Below are positions 12,627-23,487 of a DNA stretch of 64,000 nucleotides, one piece after another. How positions within the stretch are numbered: the first letter of the stretch is position 1; each line of letters begins with the position of its first letter. The DNA lies in contig JAJYLW010000009.1 in NCBI GenBank assembly GCA_021787475.1, forward strand, positions 7,722 to 71,721, read 5' to 3'. The DNA comes from Actinomycetes bacterium. Its GTDB lineage: Bacteria; Actinomycetota; Thermoleophilia; BMS3ABIN01. Made by a program: the position numbers and the translations under genes. A model generated the notes under the pieces. The model was given only the letters and a program-made list of their open reading frames with translations, made no database searches and was not told where the DNA came from.

Positions 12627-14570
12627 TTACTGCCGTTTCACCTCTTTGGCGCAGCTGGGGCAGAACCTGGCGTCCGCCGGCAGCGGATGACCGCAGTGAA
12701 CGCAGAACCTGGGCATTTCCTCAGCCTCCCCTTCAGGCTGTGCGCCAGTTTCTGCTGCCGCAGCCTCGGCCGGCTCGGGAACCGCCGCCAGGTTTGCCTT
12801 GCTCACTTCCTCCGTTGGCGCCTCAACTTCCTTGGGCGCAACCGATCCGGCGATGAAGGCCGGCTTCCCTTCCGCAGGCGCATCTGGCGCCCGGGTTTCC
12901 GAAGAACCACCGGCAGAAGGGCCGGCTTCGGGTATCGGCCCGGTTCCCTCGCCTGTCATTCCCGGAGCAGCGGCCGCTTCCGGAACCACCTTGAACGGCC
13001 CTGAAGGAGCCGGCCTGGCTTCGGTCTGCGGCTCGGCCTTGGCTGTGACGCCGCCTGCCGGAGCAACAGGGCCTGACTGCGATGAACCCGCGTTCGGAGC
13101 CGTGGGCGCATGCGTTGCCGCCGTTGCTCCGGTGCCGCCTCCCAGTCTCGACTTGACCAGGAAGAATCCGCTGGCGCCGATGGTGCCTAGGGCGCACAGG
13201 CCCAGCGCGATCATCAGGTACATCGGATACGGGAACACAGGCTCGTCCTGGCCGGCGCTGATCTTGGCCGTCGTGTCCGAGATCATGCCGGCAACGTACG
13301 GGAAGGCCGGATTAGCGTCGGCGATCTGCTTCAGCTTGTCCTTGGCGGCGCTGTAGTGATGCAGCGCATACAGGTCAACCGCCTCGTGGTACGTCTTGGT
13401 GAGTTCCCCTTGGGTCGGCTTGACGTTGGTCTGTGAGAGGAACTCGTTGATAACGGTGGTGGGGACGGCGAAGTTAAATCCCTGCACCGCCTGGGGAGTG
13501 CCGCCGGGACTGTTTGCGGCATCATTTACACTGCCAAAGGTAGTGATGCCAATTACCTGGCCCTGGCTATTGAACAGCGGCCCGCCGCTGTTGCCGTTCG
13601 AGATGGCGGCGTCTGTCTGCAGCACTTCCCAGCCCTCCGGCATTGTCTTGCGGCCGCTGATGCTGCCCACCGTCAGTGACGGTTTTACGTTTTCATCAGA
13701 TTGCTTGAGCGCGGGATTGAACGTTGCCGCCGCCGGATAGCCCAGGGCGATAGCCTGCTGGCCGTCCTGGACGGCCTTGTCATCGCCAAACGAGACCGTC
13801 GGCAGGTTGGTGGCATCCACCTTGAGTACGGCGACGTCCTTGCCGGGGATGGCGTCGCCGGCCTTGATTATCTGCAACGGCGTCCCTTTCTGCTCCGTCG
13901 TGCCACCCGGAGCCGCCACGCCCATGTACATCACGCTTTGCGAGGAAGGATTCTGCACGGTCATGTTCCGGGCATAGACGGTGGCGATCGCCGCCGAGAG
14001 TTTCTGCGTCTGATCGCTGGTGAGCGTCACGTTGTAGCCTTCAGAGTTGAGACCCTGGGTGAAGCCGGTGACAAATTTATTGACAAGGTCGCTTAATCCT
14101 ACCTGGGCCAGCATCTGCTTCAGTTCAGCGTCAGTCTTTTTGACCACGTGTGCATTTGTGACCATGTATCCATCAGGAGTGACAATGATGCCGGAACCGG
14201 ACTCGGCCGCCTGTACTGGAACGGACGTGCTGCCTGCGCCGGGAACAATATAGTCCTGCGGATTGGTGAGGACTTCGTTGATGGCTGCCTGCACTGCATC
14301 ATTCTCGTTGGCGATGGCGCCGGTCTGCACCATCGGCAGCAGCTTGTTGACCAGCTTCTGCTCGTCAAGGGCCAGATTGGGGACGGTAATGTTTGCTTTC
14401 CAGGTTGTCTCGATGTACGTCGTCCCCGGTTTGTTGTAATCAGCCACCTTGGGAGGATCCATTGCCGTGGTGCGCCCGGCGCTGTGCAGCCCCAGCAAAA
14501 GCAGCACGGCAAATGCCAGCGTAAACGCAACCGCCGCTCCTCTGATTGACAACATCACCCATTTCTTCAT
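12627..14570 (-). CDS. membrane-anchored trypsin-like serine protease with C-terminal cytoplasmic zinc ribbon
   Basis: Signal-anchor, S1/HtrA-like catalytic motif GNSGGPLFNSQGQVIGITTFG, a second TM helix, a Pro/Ala/Glu-rich disordered tail and a terminal CVHCGHP...CPSC zinc ribbon. Confidence 0.7.
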   Translation of the reverse strand: MKKWVMLSIRGAAVAFTLAFAVLLLLGLHSAGRTTAMDPPKVADYNKPGTTYIETTWKANITVPNLALDEQKLVNKLLPMVQTGAIANENDAVQAAINEVLTNPQDYIVPGAGSTSVPVQAAESGSGIIVTPDGYMVTNAHVVKKTDAELKQMLAQVGLSDLVNKFVTGFTQGLNSEGYNVTLTSDQTQKLSAAIATVYARNMTVQNPSSQSVMYMGVAAPGGTTEQKGTPLQIIKAGDAIPGKDVAVLKVDATNLPTVSFGDDKAVQDGQQAIALGYPAAATFNPALKQSDENVKPSLTVGSISGRKTMPEGWEVLQTDAAISNGNSGGPLFNSQGQVIGITTFGSVNDAANSPGGTPQAVQGFNFAVPTTVINEFLSQTNVKPTQGELTKTYHEAVDLYALHHYSAAKDKLKQIADANPAFPYVAGMISDTTAKISAGQDEPVFPYPMYLMIALGLCALGTIGASGFFLVKSRLGGGTGATAATHAPTAPNAGSSQSGPVAPAGGVTAKAEPQTEARPAPSGPFKVVPEAAAAPGMTGEGTGPIPEAGPSAGGSSETRAPDAPAEGKPAFIAGSVAPKEVEAPTEEVSKANLAAVPEPAEAAAAETGAQPEGEAEEMPRFCVHCGHPLPADARFCPSCAKEVKRQ

Positions 14571-14791
14571 CTTCGCTCCTTCGATTGAAAATTAGCCCTT
14601 AATTTTTTAAGCGCCTTTAAAGTTTTTTTCGGCGGGAAAATGGGGATCAATAGGATTTTTCACCGCAACTTTTAATTGGAGGTTAAGCCCTTCCCTTAAA
14701 ATTCTTTCGTCAAAAAGAGCTGCCTTTGGAGGGTTTTCAAATAAGAGGCTTGATTAACAACGTGCCGGAACTGGCATGATTTCCTGTCTTC

Positions 14792-15397
14792 TCAGAATGG
14801 TTCTGCCACGGGGAGGGGCGGCGTAGCCTCCTCCTTGGCAGCCGCGCCGGCAATGCGGCCGTGCTCGAGGCGGATAATGCGGCCTACGGCCTCGCCAACG
14901 CCGGGATCATGGGTGACGATAATCAGGGTTATCCCATGCTCGTGAAGCTTTTTAAACAGCTGCATTACCGCCAGTTCGTTTTCCTCATCTAGGTTGCCGG
15001 CGGGCTCGTCCGCCAGCAGGATCCTGGGCTCGTTGATTAGCGCCCGGGCAATACAGACGCGCTGCTGCTCGCCGCCTGACAGCTGCGCGGGCAGATGGTC
15101 GAGACAGTGGCCCAGGCCGAAACGTTCAAGGGCGTCCCGCGCCTCGCCGGCGTCCGGCATGCTGTGAAAGTACTGCGACAGCATGACATTCTCGACCGCG
15201 CTCAGGTAAGGGATCAGGTGAAATTGCTGAAAGACCAGGCCCACCGCCTCCCGGCGGTACTTGGCCAGCTGCGACTCGGAAAGGCCGGCCAGTTCCAGTC
15301 CATCGACTGTCACCGAACCGGAGGTGGGGGAGTCCAGTCCGCAGATGACGTTAAGCAGCGTCGATTTGCCTGAACCGGAGGGGCCCATAATAGACAT
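14792..15397 (-). pseudogene. ABC transporter ATP-binding protein (FtsE/LolD-like), 5'-truncated
   Basis: Walker A GPSGSGKST starts at residue 5. The roughly 30 N-terminal residues are missing and an in-frame stop lies 9 codons upstream. Signature LSGGEQQRV, Walker B ILLADEP and H-loop are present. No permease partner follows. Confidence 0.5.
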
Positions 15398-15550
15398 CCA
15401 CTCACTATCGAGATAGGCAGATTAATACCTTGGCAAAAATAAGAGCAATCTAATAAACAGGATATGTCAATACTATGAATTTGGATGCGGGTGAAATTCC
15501 TGGTGAAATTGTCACTTAAGAAGAACGAGGAGGAACGGGAGTGATTCGTA

Positions 15551-15578
15551 AAAAAGCGCGCCCGACGGCGCGCTTTTG
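15551..15578 (-). terminator. Rho-independent terminator of clpB
   Basis: On the minus strand, GCGCGCC-GTCG-GGCGCGC hairpin followed by TTTTT, 25 nt after the clpB stop. Confidence 0.7.
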
Positions 15579-15603
15579 GTCAAAAAGGAATAGTTAAGTG
15601 GTG

Positions 15604-18222
15604 TTACTGTACTTTGGCTTCCACCGGCTCCGGCACGGTAATGGCGCTGAAGACGAGGTGATCGTCCCCTGCATCCACCTCAACGGTCTGCCCTTCGCGA
15701 AACTCGCCTTTAAGCAGCCTGAGCGCCAGCACGTCCTGGATCTGCTTCTGGATCAGGCGTTTTAAGGGCCTGGCGCCGTAAGCCGGATCATAGCCCTCGC
15801 GGGCTAGGTAATCCTTGGCTGAATCAGTCAGCACGATGCCGATTCCCCGGTCTGACAGCAGCCGGCCCATGTCGCGCACCTGGATGTCAACAATCCAGCG
15901 CAATTGCTCCTCGTCAAGGCGGTGGAAAATGATGATGTCGTCCACCCGGTTGAGAAACTCCGGTTTGAAGTGGGCCTTCATCGCTTCCTCGACCCGCCGC
16001 TTCATCTCATCCTCGCCGCCGGCTCCCAACTCGGTGATGAACTGGCTGCCGATATTTGACGTCATGATGATGACGGCGTTCTTGAAATCAACCGTGCGCC
16101 CGTGGCCGTCAGTGAGCCGGCCTTCATCCATGATCTGCAACAGGACATTGAAAACCTCCGGGTGCGCCTTCTCGATCTCGTCCAGCAGCAGCACAGTGTA
16201 GGGGCGGCGCCGGACCGCCTCGGTCAAATATCCGCCCTCTTCATAACCGACGTAACCAGGCGGGGCGCCGATCAGCCTGGAGACGGTATGCTTCTCCTGA
16301 AACTCCGACATATCGATGCGGACCATCGCTTTTTCGTCGTCGAACATGAACTCTGCCAGCGCCTTGGCCAGCTCGGTCTTGCCGACTCCGGTTGGCCCCA
16401 GGAAGATGAAAGATCCGTAGGGACGGTTGGGGGCGCTTAAGCCCGCGCGCGCGCGACGCATGGCGTTGGAGACGGCAGCGATGGCCTCGTCCTGGCCGAC
16501 CACGCGCTCGTGCAGCCTGTCCTCCATGTAGATCAGTTTCTCGACTTCGCCTTCCATCAGCTTTGAAACGGGAACGCCGGTCCACTTGCTGACAACCTCG
16601 GCAACGTCCTCTTCATCTACCTCTTCCTTTAGCATCTTGGTGTCTTTTTGCAGCTCGGCCAGGTGCTCGTTCTCAGCGGCAATCTCCTTGGTCAACTCGC
16701 CTGTCTTGCCGTAGCGCAGCTCCGCCGCCCGGGTAAGGTCGCCTTCGCGCTCGGCGCGCTCGGCATCGGTCTTTGCCTGCTCCAGATCCTCCTTCAGGGC
16801 GCGGATCTTCTGGATCGACTCCTTCTCGTTTGTCCAGTGCGCCTTCATCCGGCCTGACTTTTCCTTTAGCTCAGCCAGTTCTTCCTTCACCCGGGAGCGG
16901 CGCTCCCGGGAAGCCTTGTCTTTTTCCTTCTTCAGCGCCCGGTCCTCGATCTCAAGCTTCTTGATGCGGCGCTCAACGACGTCGATCTCGGTGGGCATGC
17001 TGTCAATCTCAATCCGCAGGCGGGAACTGGCCTCGTCGATTAGGTCAATTGCCTTGTCGGGCAGGAAGCGGTCAGAGATATAGCGGTGGGAGAGCATTGC
17101 CGCCGCCACCAGGGCCGCATCCTGGATGCGGACACCGTGATGAACTTCGTAGCGCTCCTTCAGGCCGCGCAGGATCGCGATGGTATCCTGCACGCTCGGC
17201 TCGCCCACAAACACCGGCTGGAAGCGGCGCTCCAGGGCGGCGTCTTTTTCCACATATTTGCGGTACTCATCAAGGGTGGTCGCACCGACGGCCCTGAGCT
17301 CGCCCCGGGCCAGCATCGGCTTTAGCATGTTTGATGCGTCAATCGATCCCTCGGCGGCGCCGGCGCCAACAAGGGTATGCATTTCATCAATGAAGAGGAT
17401 GACCCTGCCTTCCGACTCCTGGATCTCCTTCAGCACCGCCTTGAGCCGGTCCTCAAATTCGCCCCGGTATTTGGAGCCGGCCACCAGCGAGCCGACATCG
17501 AGGGCCACTACCCGTTTGTCCTTCAGGCTTTCCGGCACATCTCCATCGACGATCCGCTGCGCCAGGCCCTCAACCAGCGCCGTTTTGCCCACACCGGGAT
17601 CCCCGATCAGGACCGGATTGTTTTTGGTCCGGCGCGACAGCACCTGGATCACGCGGCGGATTTCATCGTCGCGGCCAATGACGGGATCCAGCTTGCCGCA
17701 GCGCGCCTGCTCAGTAAGATCGCGCCCGTACTGCTCCAGCGGCTGGAACTTTGCTTCCGGATTTGGGTCGGTGACGCGCTGGCTGCCACGGATCTCCTGC
17801 AGCGCCGCCATCAGCCTCTCTTTGCTGACGCCCAACTGTCCTAGAACCCGGGCGGCAGCGCCGTCAGTTTCTACCGCCGCCAGCAGCAGATGCTCAGTAC
17901 TGACATAATCATCTTTCAGCTGTCTCGCCAGCGCCTCGGCGCGATCAAGCAACTGGCCCAAGGCGCGGCTTACATAGGCCTGCTGCCCGGCGGGGCCGCT
18001 CACCTTTGGCATACTATTGATTGCTGCCTCGAGTCCGGCGGCGATGGCCTCCGGGCTCGCGCCCAGCTTCTGAAGCACCGGTACGACGATGCCTTCGCTT
18101 TTCCGAACCAGCGCCAATAGCAAATGCTCCGGCTCAATCTGCTGCTGGCCGCCTGACTGCGCCAGCTTCTGTGCGTCCGCCAGAGCTTCCTGTGATTTAA
18201 TTGTCAGTTTTTCCGGTTGCAT
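15604..18222 (-). CDS. clpB: ATP-dependent chaperone ClpB
   Basis: 872 aa with two AAA+ modules ([17 protein letters not shown]), the middle coiled-coil domain and the Clp N domain. Confidence 0.97.
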   Translation of the reverse strand: MQPEKLTIKSQEALADAQKLAQSGGQQQIEPEHLLLALVRKSEGIVVPVLQKLGASPEAIAAGLEAAINSMPKVSGPAGQQAYVSRALGQLLDRAEALARQLKDDYVSTEHLLLAAVETDGAAARVLGQLGVSKERLMAALQEIRGSQRVTDPNPEAKFQPLEQYGRDLTEQARCGKLDPVIGRDDEIRRVIQVLSRRTKNNPVLIGDPGVGKTALVEGLAQRIVDGDVPESLKDKRVVALDVGSLVAGSKYRGEFEDRLKAVLKEIQESEGRVILFIDEMHTLVGAGAAEGSIDASNMLKPMLARGELRAVGATTLDEYRKYVEKDAALERRFQPVFVGEPSVQDTIAILRGLKERYEVHHGVRIQDAALVAAAMLSHRYISDRFLPDKAIDLIDEASSRLRIEIDSMPTEIDVVERRIKKLEIEDRALKKEKDKASRERRSRVKEELAELKEKSGRMKAHWTNEKESIQKIRALKEDLEQAKTDAERAEREGDLTRAAELRYGKTGELTKEIAAENEHLAELQKDTKMLKEEVDEEDVAEVVSKWTGVPVSKLMEGEVEKLIYMEDRLHERVVGQDEAIAAVSNAMRRARAGLSAPNRPYGSFIFLGPTGVGKTELAKALAEFMFDDEKAMVRIDMSEFQEKHTVSRLIGAPPGYVGYEEGGYLTEAVRRRPYTVLLLDEIEKAHPEVFNVLLQIMDEGRLTDGHGRTVDFKNAVIIMTSNIGSQFITELGAGGEDEMKRRVEEAMKAHFKPEFLNRVDDIIIFHRLDEEQLRWIVDIQVRDMGRLLSDRGIGIVLTDSAKDYLAREGYDPAYGARPLKRLIQKQIQDVLALRLLKGEFREGQTVEVDAGDDHLVFSAITVPEPVEAKVQ

Positions 18223-18663
18223 AATAAAAAAAATTCAAGAGGATATTTCCGGCCGGTACCGGTCAACCATCTCTTATCCTCTCACAGCTCTTGACGGCTG
18301 CAGATCTTGATGTGACCGGAAGGAGCCTCGCAAACAATCAGCCGGTAAAGCTTCCTCAAGCTTCTTATCCCGGCTCACTGTTTGCAAAGCCAACCTGAAC
18401 CTATCCTCCTGAATATCACATCCACCTTGGTCATTTACATCGCCTCTTCGACTCGCCCACTCGCCCTTTTTCCTTCTATATATTAGACATATTTTCCTGG
18501 GAAAGGGTTCCAATCGTCAAAGACAAATTACCTGCAAAATGACACAATTACAAGTTGACTTAGTTATGACAGCCCTCATTCTACAGCCTCGGTCATAATC
18601 TATCAAACCATAAGTAAAGAAATCTTATAACCTAAGACTCAAATAATTGGCAAAAGTTTCAGA

Positions 18664-19860
18664 TTAGTAGCGCAGCCGGGCGGCTATTTTTTCCGCCTGC
18701 GCTAGTGAGGCATTTCCGGGAGGGACTTCAATAACGACCGCATCCTGGCGAACGGCCAGCTCCTCTGCTTCTTCAACAATATCGTTAACGGCCTGCATTT
18801 TGGTTCGGCACGAAGGACAGCTCTCTTCCCCGAATTCGATTGTGTTGCAGCCGGGGCAGCGCCGCCCCGGTTTCGCATAGCCGCTTTCAACAATGAGCAG
18901 GTCAACCCGCCGCTCGTTCAGCGCCGCCAGAACATCGTCGAGACCGCCAACATAGGTTTTGCCCGCCGCCAGCTCTGGCCCCAGCGAAGCAAGCAGGGCT
19001 TCCTGCTCCCGGGCCCGGATTCCCTCTTCGATGGCCTCGACCTTTCCCCGGATCTCGTTTGCGTCCGCGCTGATGTCGATATTAAACCTGCCGGCGAGCC
19101 TTTCTTTTAAATAGGGGTGGAGAACTTTTTCCAATTCTGGCCACAAATCTTCAGATATGCCAACAACGAGCAGGTCCAGCGATTTCTCCTGGAAGAAAGC
19201 AAGCGCTGCGTCTCCCGCTTTCTTGAGATGGTTGCGCACCTGGAGTTGGTGACGCCGCTGCAGCTTGGCCTGTTCCCAGCCTCCCTGCGAATGGTGCTTG
19301 AGAACCATATCGAATATCTCGCTGTTCTCGGAGATCTCGCCGGCGTAATGCTCCAGCAGCCGGGCCGTTTCCTTGCTCGCCAGAAGCACGCCAAAGCGGC
19401 GATGACGCGAGAGCATCCGGGCCAGCGGCGCCAAGCGCGGCTTCAGGTCAACGAAGAGGCGGTTTTTTACCGGGACTTTCAGCGGCTGCACCTGCCACAA
19501 CCCCCGGGTGCGGCATGAAAAGATTATCAGCCCGCGGGCCCCTTCCCGCCTAAACTCTAGGGCCAGGAACTCCCCCACCGCCTGCAGGTCGGCGTCCATC
19601 TCTTCAAGCTGGTCCTTGCTGAAGCCCGGATTCTCGGCCGCCGTTCTCCGGGCTTCGTGCACCATGAAGCCGTACTCGGCTTCGTAGTCCCCCCTGCGGG
19701 CATAGCGGGATCCATCCACATTAAGATAGAGGCTCACCACCGGATGCCCGCCGGCGGCATTATCAAACTGCGGGTACTGGATAACTGATTTTGGATATTG
19801 GATGAATCTCACCCCCGCTGAAAGCCGGTTTACGAACCCAGGACGCATTACTTTACTCAC
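18664..19860 (-). CDS. release-factor-like (baeRF/Host_attach family-like) protein with C-terminal zinc ribbon
   Basis: 398 aa with an eRF1/Pelota-like central region (HSQGGW... motif) and a terminal CPGC...CPSC ribbon. Family assignment is from memory of motif patterns, not a search. Confidence 0.35.
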   Translation of the reverse strand: MSKVMRPGFVNRLSAGVRFIQYPKSVIQYPQFDNAAGGHPVVSLYLNVDGSRYARRGDYEAEYGFMVHEARRTAAENPGFSKDQLEEMDADLQAVGEFLALEFRREGARGLIIFSCRTRGLWQVQPLKVPVKNRLFVDLKPRLAPLARMLSRHRRFGVLLASKETARLLEHYAGEISENSEIFDMVLKHHSQGGWEQAKLQRRHQLQVRNHLKKAGDAALAFFQEKSLDLLVVGISEDLWPELEKVLHPYLKERLAGRFNIDISADANEIRGKVEAIEEGIRAREQEALLASLGPELAAGKTYVGGLDDVLAALNERRVDLLIVESGYAKPGRRCPGCNTIEFGEESCPSCRTKMQAVNDIVEEAEELAVRQDAVVIEVPPGNASLAQAEKIAARLRY

Positions 19861-19883
19861 ATTATTGCCGCGGGAAGGCTTTT

Positions 19884-20735
19884 TTAGCCCTGAACCGGCC
19901 CAGAAGCTTCAAGACCTTCCTTTTTAAGCAGCTCGCGCAGGGCGGCGAGGCCGACTTCAAGTTGGTCTTCTGTTGGCTCGCGGGTAGTGATGAAGGATTG
20001 CAGGCCCCCGCCTGCCGATGTCAGCAGTTTCGCCCAGACATTTCCGGGGTTGCGGCCGGCCCAATGAATCATCTCCATTGCGCCTGAGAAGCTAAGGATG
20101 CCGACTCCAAGCCGGGCGGCCTGGCTCTGCCTGCCAAGGAACCGCCGGGCGATGGCGTTGCCGACGGTCATCAGCGCCAGCGCCGGCCCGATAATGTTTG
20201 AGCCGCAGCGGACATGCTCGGACCTTGCCTTCAGGGCGGTTTGCTCGTCAAGTGAGCCTGATTTTTCATAGGCGTTTATTGACTTATGTTCTGCCGCGTG
20301 GTACTGTATGGCGCGCGAGCGGCGCAGCGCCACCAGGGACGGCAGCATCGCCAGCATCGCCATTGCCGTTTCTTCCAGCAGCGGCGGCAGGCTTTTCTTG
20401 GAATTTTTTAACGCCATTGTTCCCAGGGCGCTGACAGACAGGGACGCCATTAGCAGTGGCGAACGGAATAGTGCCGGCAGCTGTCCACCGTGGGCGTGGG
20501 CGTCGGGAAGAATTGTGACGGCGTCAGTCAGGCTCGCCAGCCCGCGCAGCAGCGGCACTTTCTTCAGTATGTCGGAACGGGCCAGCCCTTTTTTCTCTCC
20601 CGAGGAAACATTAATGCTGCCATCCTCGTTGCGGATCGCCATCGACCAGAAGCGGGGCGTCTGGAAGAGGACACCGTTTTCCATAGCCATGCCGCCGATG
20701 CGGATTTTTTTTCCGGCTCGATCATTGTTTGTCAT
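19884..20735 (-). CDS. DUF1385 (YqhQ-like) protein
   Basis: 283 aa with the IRIGGMAMENGVLFQTP motif characteristic of DUF1385. Lies immediately upstream of, and co-oriented with, the release-factor-like gene. Confidence 0.6.
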   Translation of the reverse strand: MTNNDRAGKKIRIGGMAMENGVLFQTPRFWSMAIRNEDGSINVSSGEKKGLARSDILKKVPLLRGLASLTDAVTILPDAHAHGGQLPALFRSPLLMASLSVSALGTMALKNSKKSLPPLLEETAMAMLAMLPSLVALRRSRAIQYHAAEHKSINAYEKSGSLDEQTALKARSEHVRCGSNIIGPALALMTVGNAIARRFLGRQSQAARLGVGILSFSGAMEMIHWAGRNPGNVWAKLLTSAGGGLQSFITTREPTEDQLEVGLAALRELLKKEGLEASGPVQG

Positions 20736-20812
20736 GCGGCCACCTCAGTTCACGAAAATAAGTTCCCGCATGTGTGCGGGTTTACACCTCATCACCAAAG
20801 CCGGAACCAATA

Positions 20813-20818
20813 TATAAT
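20813..20818 (+). promoter_or_regulatory. -10 box (TATAAT) positioned for a leaderless malic enzyme mRNA
   Basis: TATAAT ends 7 nt before the ATG at 20825. There is no SD sequence in between. Confidence 0.35.
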
Positions 20819-20824
20819 ATTTTC

Positions 20825-22072
20825 ATGCGCACTGACGAGCGACGAACACCACTTGAGCAGGAAGCGCTTGAGCGCCACCGTGAGTGGCGCGGCAAGCTTT
20901 CGATTGACAGCAAGGTGCCAGTATCAGACCAGCATGCGCTTGCAATCGCATACACCCCCGGTGTGGCCGCGCCCTGCCGCCAGATCGCCGCAGATCCGCG
21001 GCTGATTGACGAGTATACCGGCCGCTGGAACACGGTTGCCGTCGTCAGCGACGGCTCGGCCGTGCTCGGACTGGGGAATATCGGCGCCCGGGCCTCACTG
21101 CCGGTAATGGAGGGCAAGGCCGTCCTCTTTAAAACGTTCGGTGGCGTGGACGCTTTTCCGGTCTGCATTGACAGCCAGAAGATTGATGACATCGTCCGGA
21201 CCGTGCGGCTGCTGGAGCCGAGTTTTGGCGGCGTCAACCTGGAGGATATCGCGGCGCCCAACTGCTTCGAGATCGAGCGGCGCCTTTCCAAGACCTGCGA
21301 TATTCCCATTTTTCATGACGATCAGCATGGGACCGCCGTGGTCGTACTGGCGGCGGCAATCAATGCCTGCCGCGTCACGGGGCGCCGGATTGAGGATTTG
21401 AGAATAGTTATCAACGGCGCCGGCGCCGCCGGCATCACAATTGCGAGGATATTCCGCGCCGCCGGAGTTGCCGAGATTCTGCTCTGCGATTCAAACGGGA
21501 TTATCGGAATGCACCGTAATGACCTCAACGCCGCTAAGCAGGAGCTGGCAGGCTGGACAAATCCGGACAGGAAAGAGGGCGGGCTGGCCGAAGCAATGCG
21601 GGGCGCCAGCCTTTTTGTCGGCGTTTCCGTGGCGGGGATGGTTAGCACCGCCATGGTGGCTTCCATGGCCAAGCGCCCGCTCGTGTTCGCGATGGCCAAT
21701 CCCGATCCGGAAATCCTGCCGGAGGCGGCGCTGGCGGCCGGCGCGGCCGTAGTGGCGACCGGGCGCAGCGATTTTCCCAACCAGGTAAACAACGTGCTCG
21801 GCTTTCCGGGCATCTTCCGCGGCGCCTTGGACGTGCGCGCCGGCGCCATCAACCTGGAGATGAAGCTGGCCGCCGCCGGCGCGCTCGCCGAACTGGTCGG
21901 TGATAATCTCAGCGAGGATTACATTATTCCGAGGCCGTTTGACCTACGAGTCGCGCCGGCCGTGGCGGCGGCTGTGGCCGGTGCGGCGGTAAAAAGCGGC
22001 GTTGCCCGCCGGCCTCGCCGCCCTGAAGAAGTGGCTGCGGGCGCCCGCAGCCTCCTCGGCCTGAAGGACTGA
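20825..22072 (+). CDS. maeB: NAD(P)-dependent malic enzyme (malate dehydrogenase, decarboxylating)
   Basis: Conserved AYTPGVAAPC, GLGNIG and NGAGAAG motifs. There is no PTA domain. The start MRTDERR aligns with YtsJ/MaeB N-termini; the longer ORF start at 20774 is probably an extension. Confidence 0.9.
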   Translation: MRTDERRTPLEQEALERHREWRGKLSIDSKVPVSDQHALAIAYTPGVAAPCRQIAADPRLIDEYTGRWNTVAVVSDGSAVLGLGNIGARASLPVMEGKAVLFKTFGGVDAFPVCIDSQKIDDIVRTVRLLEPSFGGVNLEDIAAPNCFEIERRLSKTCDIPIFHDDQHGTAVVVLAAAINACRVTGRRIEDLRIVINGAGAAGITIARIFRAAGVAEILLCDSNGIIGMHRNDLNAAKQELAGWTNPDRKEGGLAEAMRGASLFVGVSVAGMVSTAMVASMAKRPLVFAMANPDPEILPEAALAAGAAVVATGRSDFPNQVNNVLGFPGIFRGALDVRAGAINLEMKLAAAGALAELVGDNLSEDYIIPRPFDLRVAPAVAAAVAGAAVKSGVARRPRRPEEVAAGARSLLGLKD

Positions 22073-22075
22073 AAC

Positions 22076-22921
22076 GTGCGGGAAATCAACACGGCAGCCG
22101 TGACCGGCCTTGTGTCCAGCCTGTACCAGGAGGCAAATTTCTCCCTCCCGGCTGATGTCCTTGCTGCTTTCCGGAACGCCACCCAGTTGGAAAAATCGGA
22201 GCGGGGGCGCAAGGTACTGGAAAGCCTGCTTGAAAACGCGGACATTGCCGCCAGAGGCCGCGTTCCCCTCTGCCAGGACACAGGACTGGCCGTTGTTTTT
22301 GTCCGCATCGGTCAGGACGTCCATCTGAGCGGCAGGCCGCTTGCGGAAGCGGTGAATGAGGGTGTTGCCCGGGCGCAAAAGGAAGGCTGCCTGCGCGCCT
22401 CGGTAGTTAACAGCCCCTGCCTGCGAAGGGAAAATACAGGTGACAACACACCGGCAGTCATTCACGAGGAGATTGTCCCCGGCGAAGCCTTTGATATTGC
22501 CGTGCTTCCCAAAGGGGCGGGCAGCGAGAACATGAGCCGCCTGCGAATGCTAAGGCCCGCGGATGGTTTAACAGGGGTTATTAACTTTGCGGTTGAAACG
22601 GTGGAAGCCGCCGGCGCCCAGCCCTGCCCCCCCGTTTTCCTGGGCGTTGGCGTGGGCGGGACAATGGACCGGGCCGCGGGCCTCAGCAAGCAGGCGTTGC
22701 TGCGGCCGGCGGGCAAGGCCCATACCGACCCGGAGCTGGCGGCAGTGGAGCAAGAGATCCTTGAGCGTGTCAATGCCGTTGGCATCGGACCCGCCGGCCT
22801 GGGCGGCACGGTCACCTGTCTTGGCGTGGCGCTGGAAGAAGTTCCATGCCATATTGCTTCTTTGCCGGTGGCGGTCAACATCCAATGCAATTGTGCCCGC
22901 CGGGCAAGCGGCAGTTTATAA
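22076..22921 (+). CDS. fumA: class I fumarate hydratase, alpha (N-terminal) subunit
   Basis: Fe-S hydro-lyase tartrate/fumarate alpha-type with the CQDTG motif. Confidence 0.85.
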   Translation: MREINTAAVTGLVSSLYQEANFSLPADVLAAFRNATQLEKSERGRKVLESLLENADIAARGRVPLCQDTGLAVVFVRIGQDVHLSGRPLAEAVNEGVARAQKEGCLRASVVNSPCLRRENTGDNTPAVIHEEIVPGEAFDIAVLPKGAGSENMSRLRMLRPADGLTGVINFAVETVEAAGAQPCPPVFLGVGVGGTMDRAAGLSKQALLRPAGKAHTDPELAAVEQEILERVNAVGIGPAGLGGTVTCLGVALEEVPCHIASLPVAVNIQCNCARRASGSL

Positions 22922-22932
22922 GGTGATGTTTT

Positions 22933-23487
22933 ATGGCAGTTAAGTTAAAACCACCGCTATTGGTTGGCGATGTTACAAGCCTCCGCGCCGGCGATGAAGT
23001 CCTGATAACGGGGGTCATTTACACTGCCCGGGATGCCGCCCACCGGAGACTGGCGGAGTTAATCGAACACCGGCGGGACTTGCCGCTGGAGCTGGAGGGC
23101 CAAGTGATCTATTATACGGGGCCGACGCCGCCATCGCCCGGGCGCCCCACCGGCTCGGCAGGCCCCACGACCAGTTCGCGCATGGACCCCTTTACACCTG
23201 CGATTCTGTCGCGTGGCGTCAGGGCGCTTATCGGCAAGGGCGAGCGCAGCCAAACGGTGGTTGAAGCCCTGCAAAGCCACGGCGCCGTTTATCTGGCAGC
23301 AGTCGGAGGAGCGGGGGCGCTCTTGGCGGAAACGGTTATCGCCGCCGAGCCCGTCGCCTACCGGGAACTGGGGCCGGAGGCCATTTACCGTTTTCGGGTA
23401 AAGGATTTCCCCGCTGTTGTGGTAAATGACGCCCACGGCGGCGATCTGTTCCGGTCCGGTCGTGATCGCTACCGGCGCCGGTCTTGA
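22933..23487 (+). CDS. fumB: class I fumarate hydratase, beta (C-terminal) subunit
   Basis: 184 aa with the GDEVLITGVIYTARDAAH pattern of the beta subunit. Directly follows the alpha subunit. Confidence 0.85.
   Translation: MAVKLKPPLLVGDVTSLRAGDEVLITGVIYTARDAAHRRLAELIEHRRDLPLELEGQVIYYTGPTPPSPGRPTGSAGPTTSSRMDPFTPAILSRGVRALIGKGERSQTVVEALQSHGAVYLAAVGGAGALLAETVIAAEPVAYRELGPEAIYRFRVKDFPAVVVNDAHGGDLFRSGRDRYRRRS

Noticed and set aside
18223-18663. A CIRCE/HrcA operator upstream of clpB
   Set aside because: No TTAGCACTC-N9-GAGTGCTAA-like inverted repeat is present. Only a plausible TTGACC-N17-TATCCT promoter close to the start was seen.
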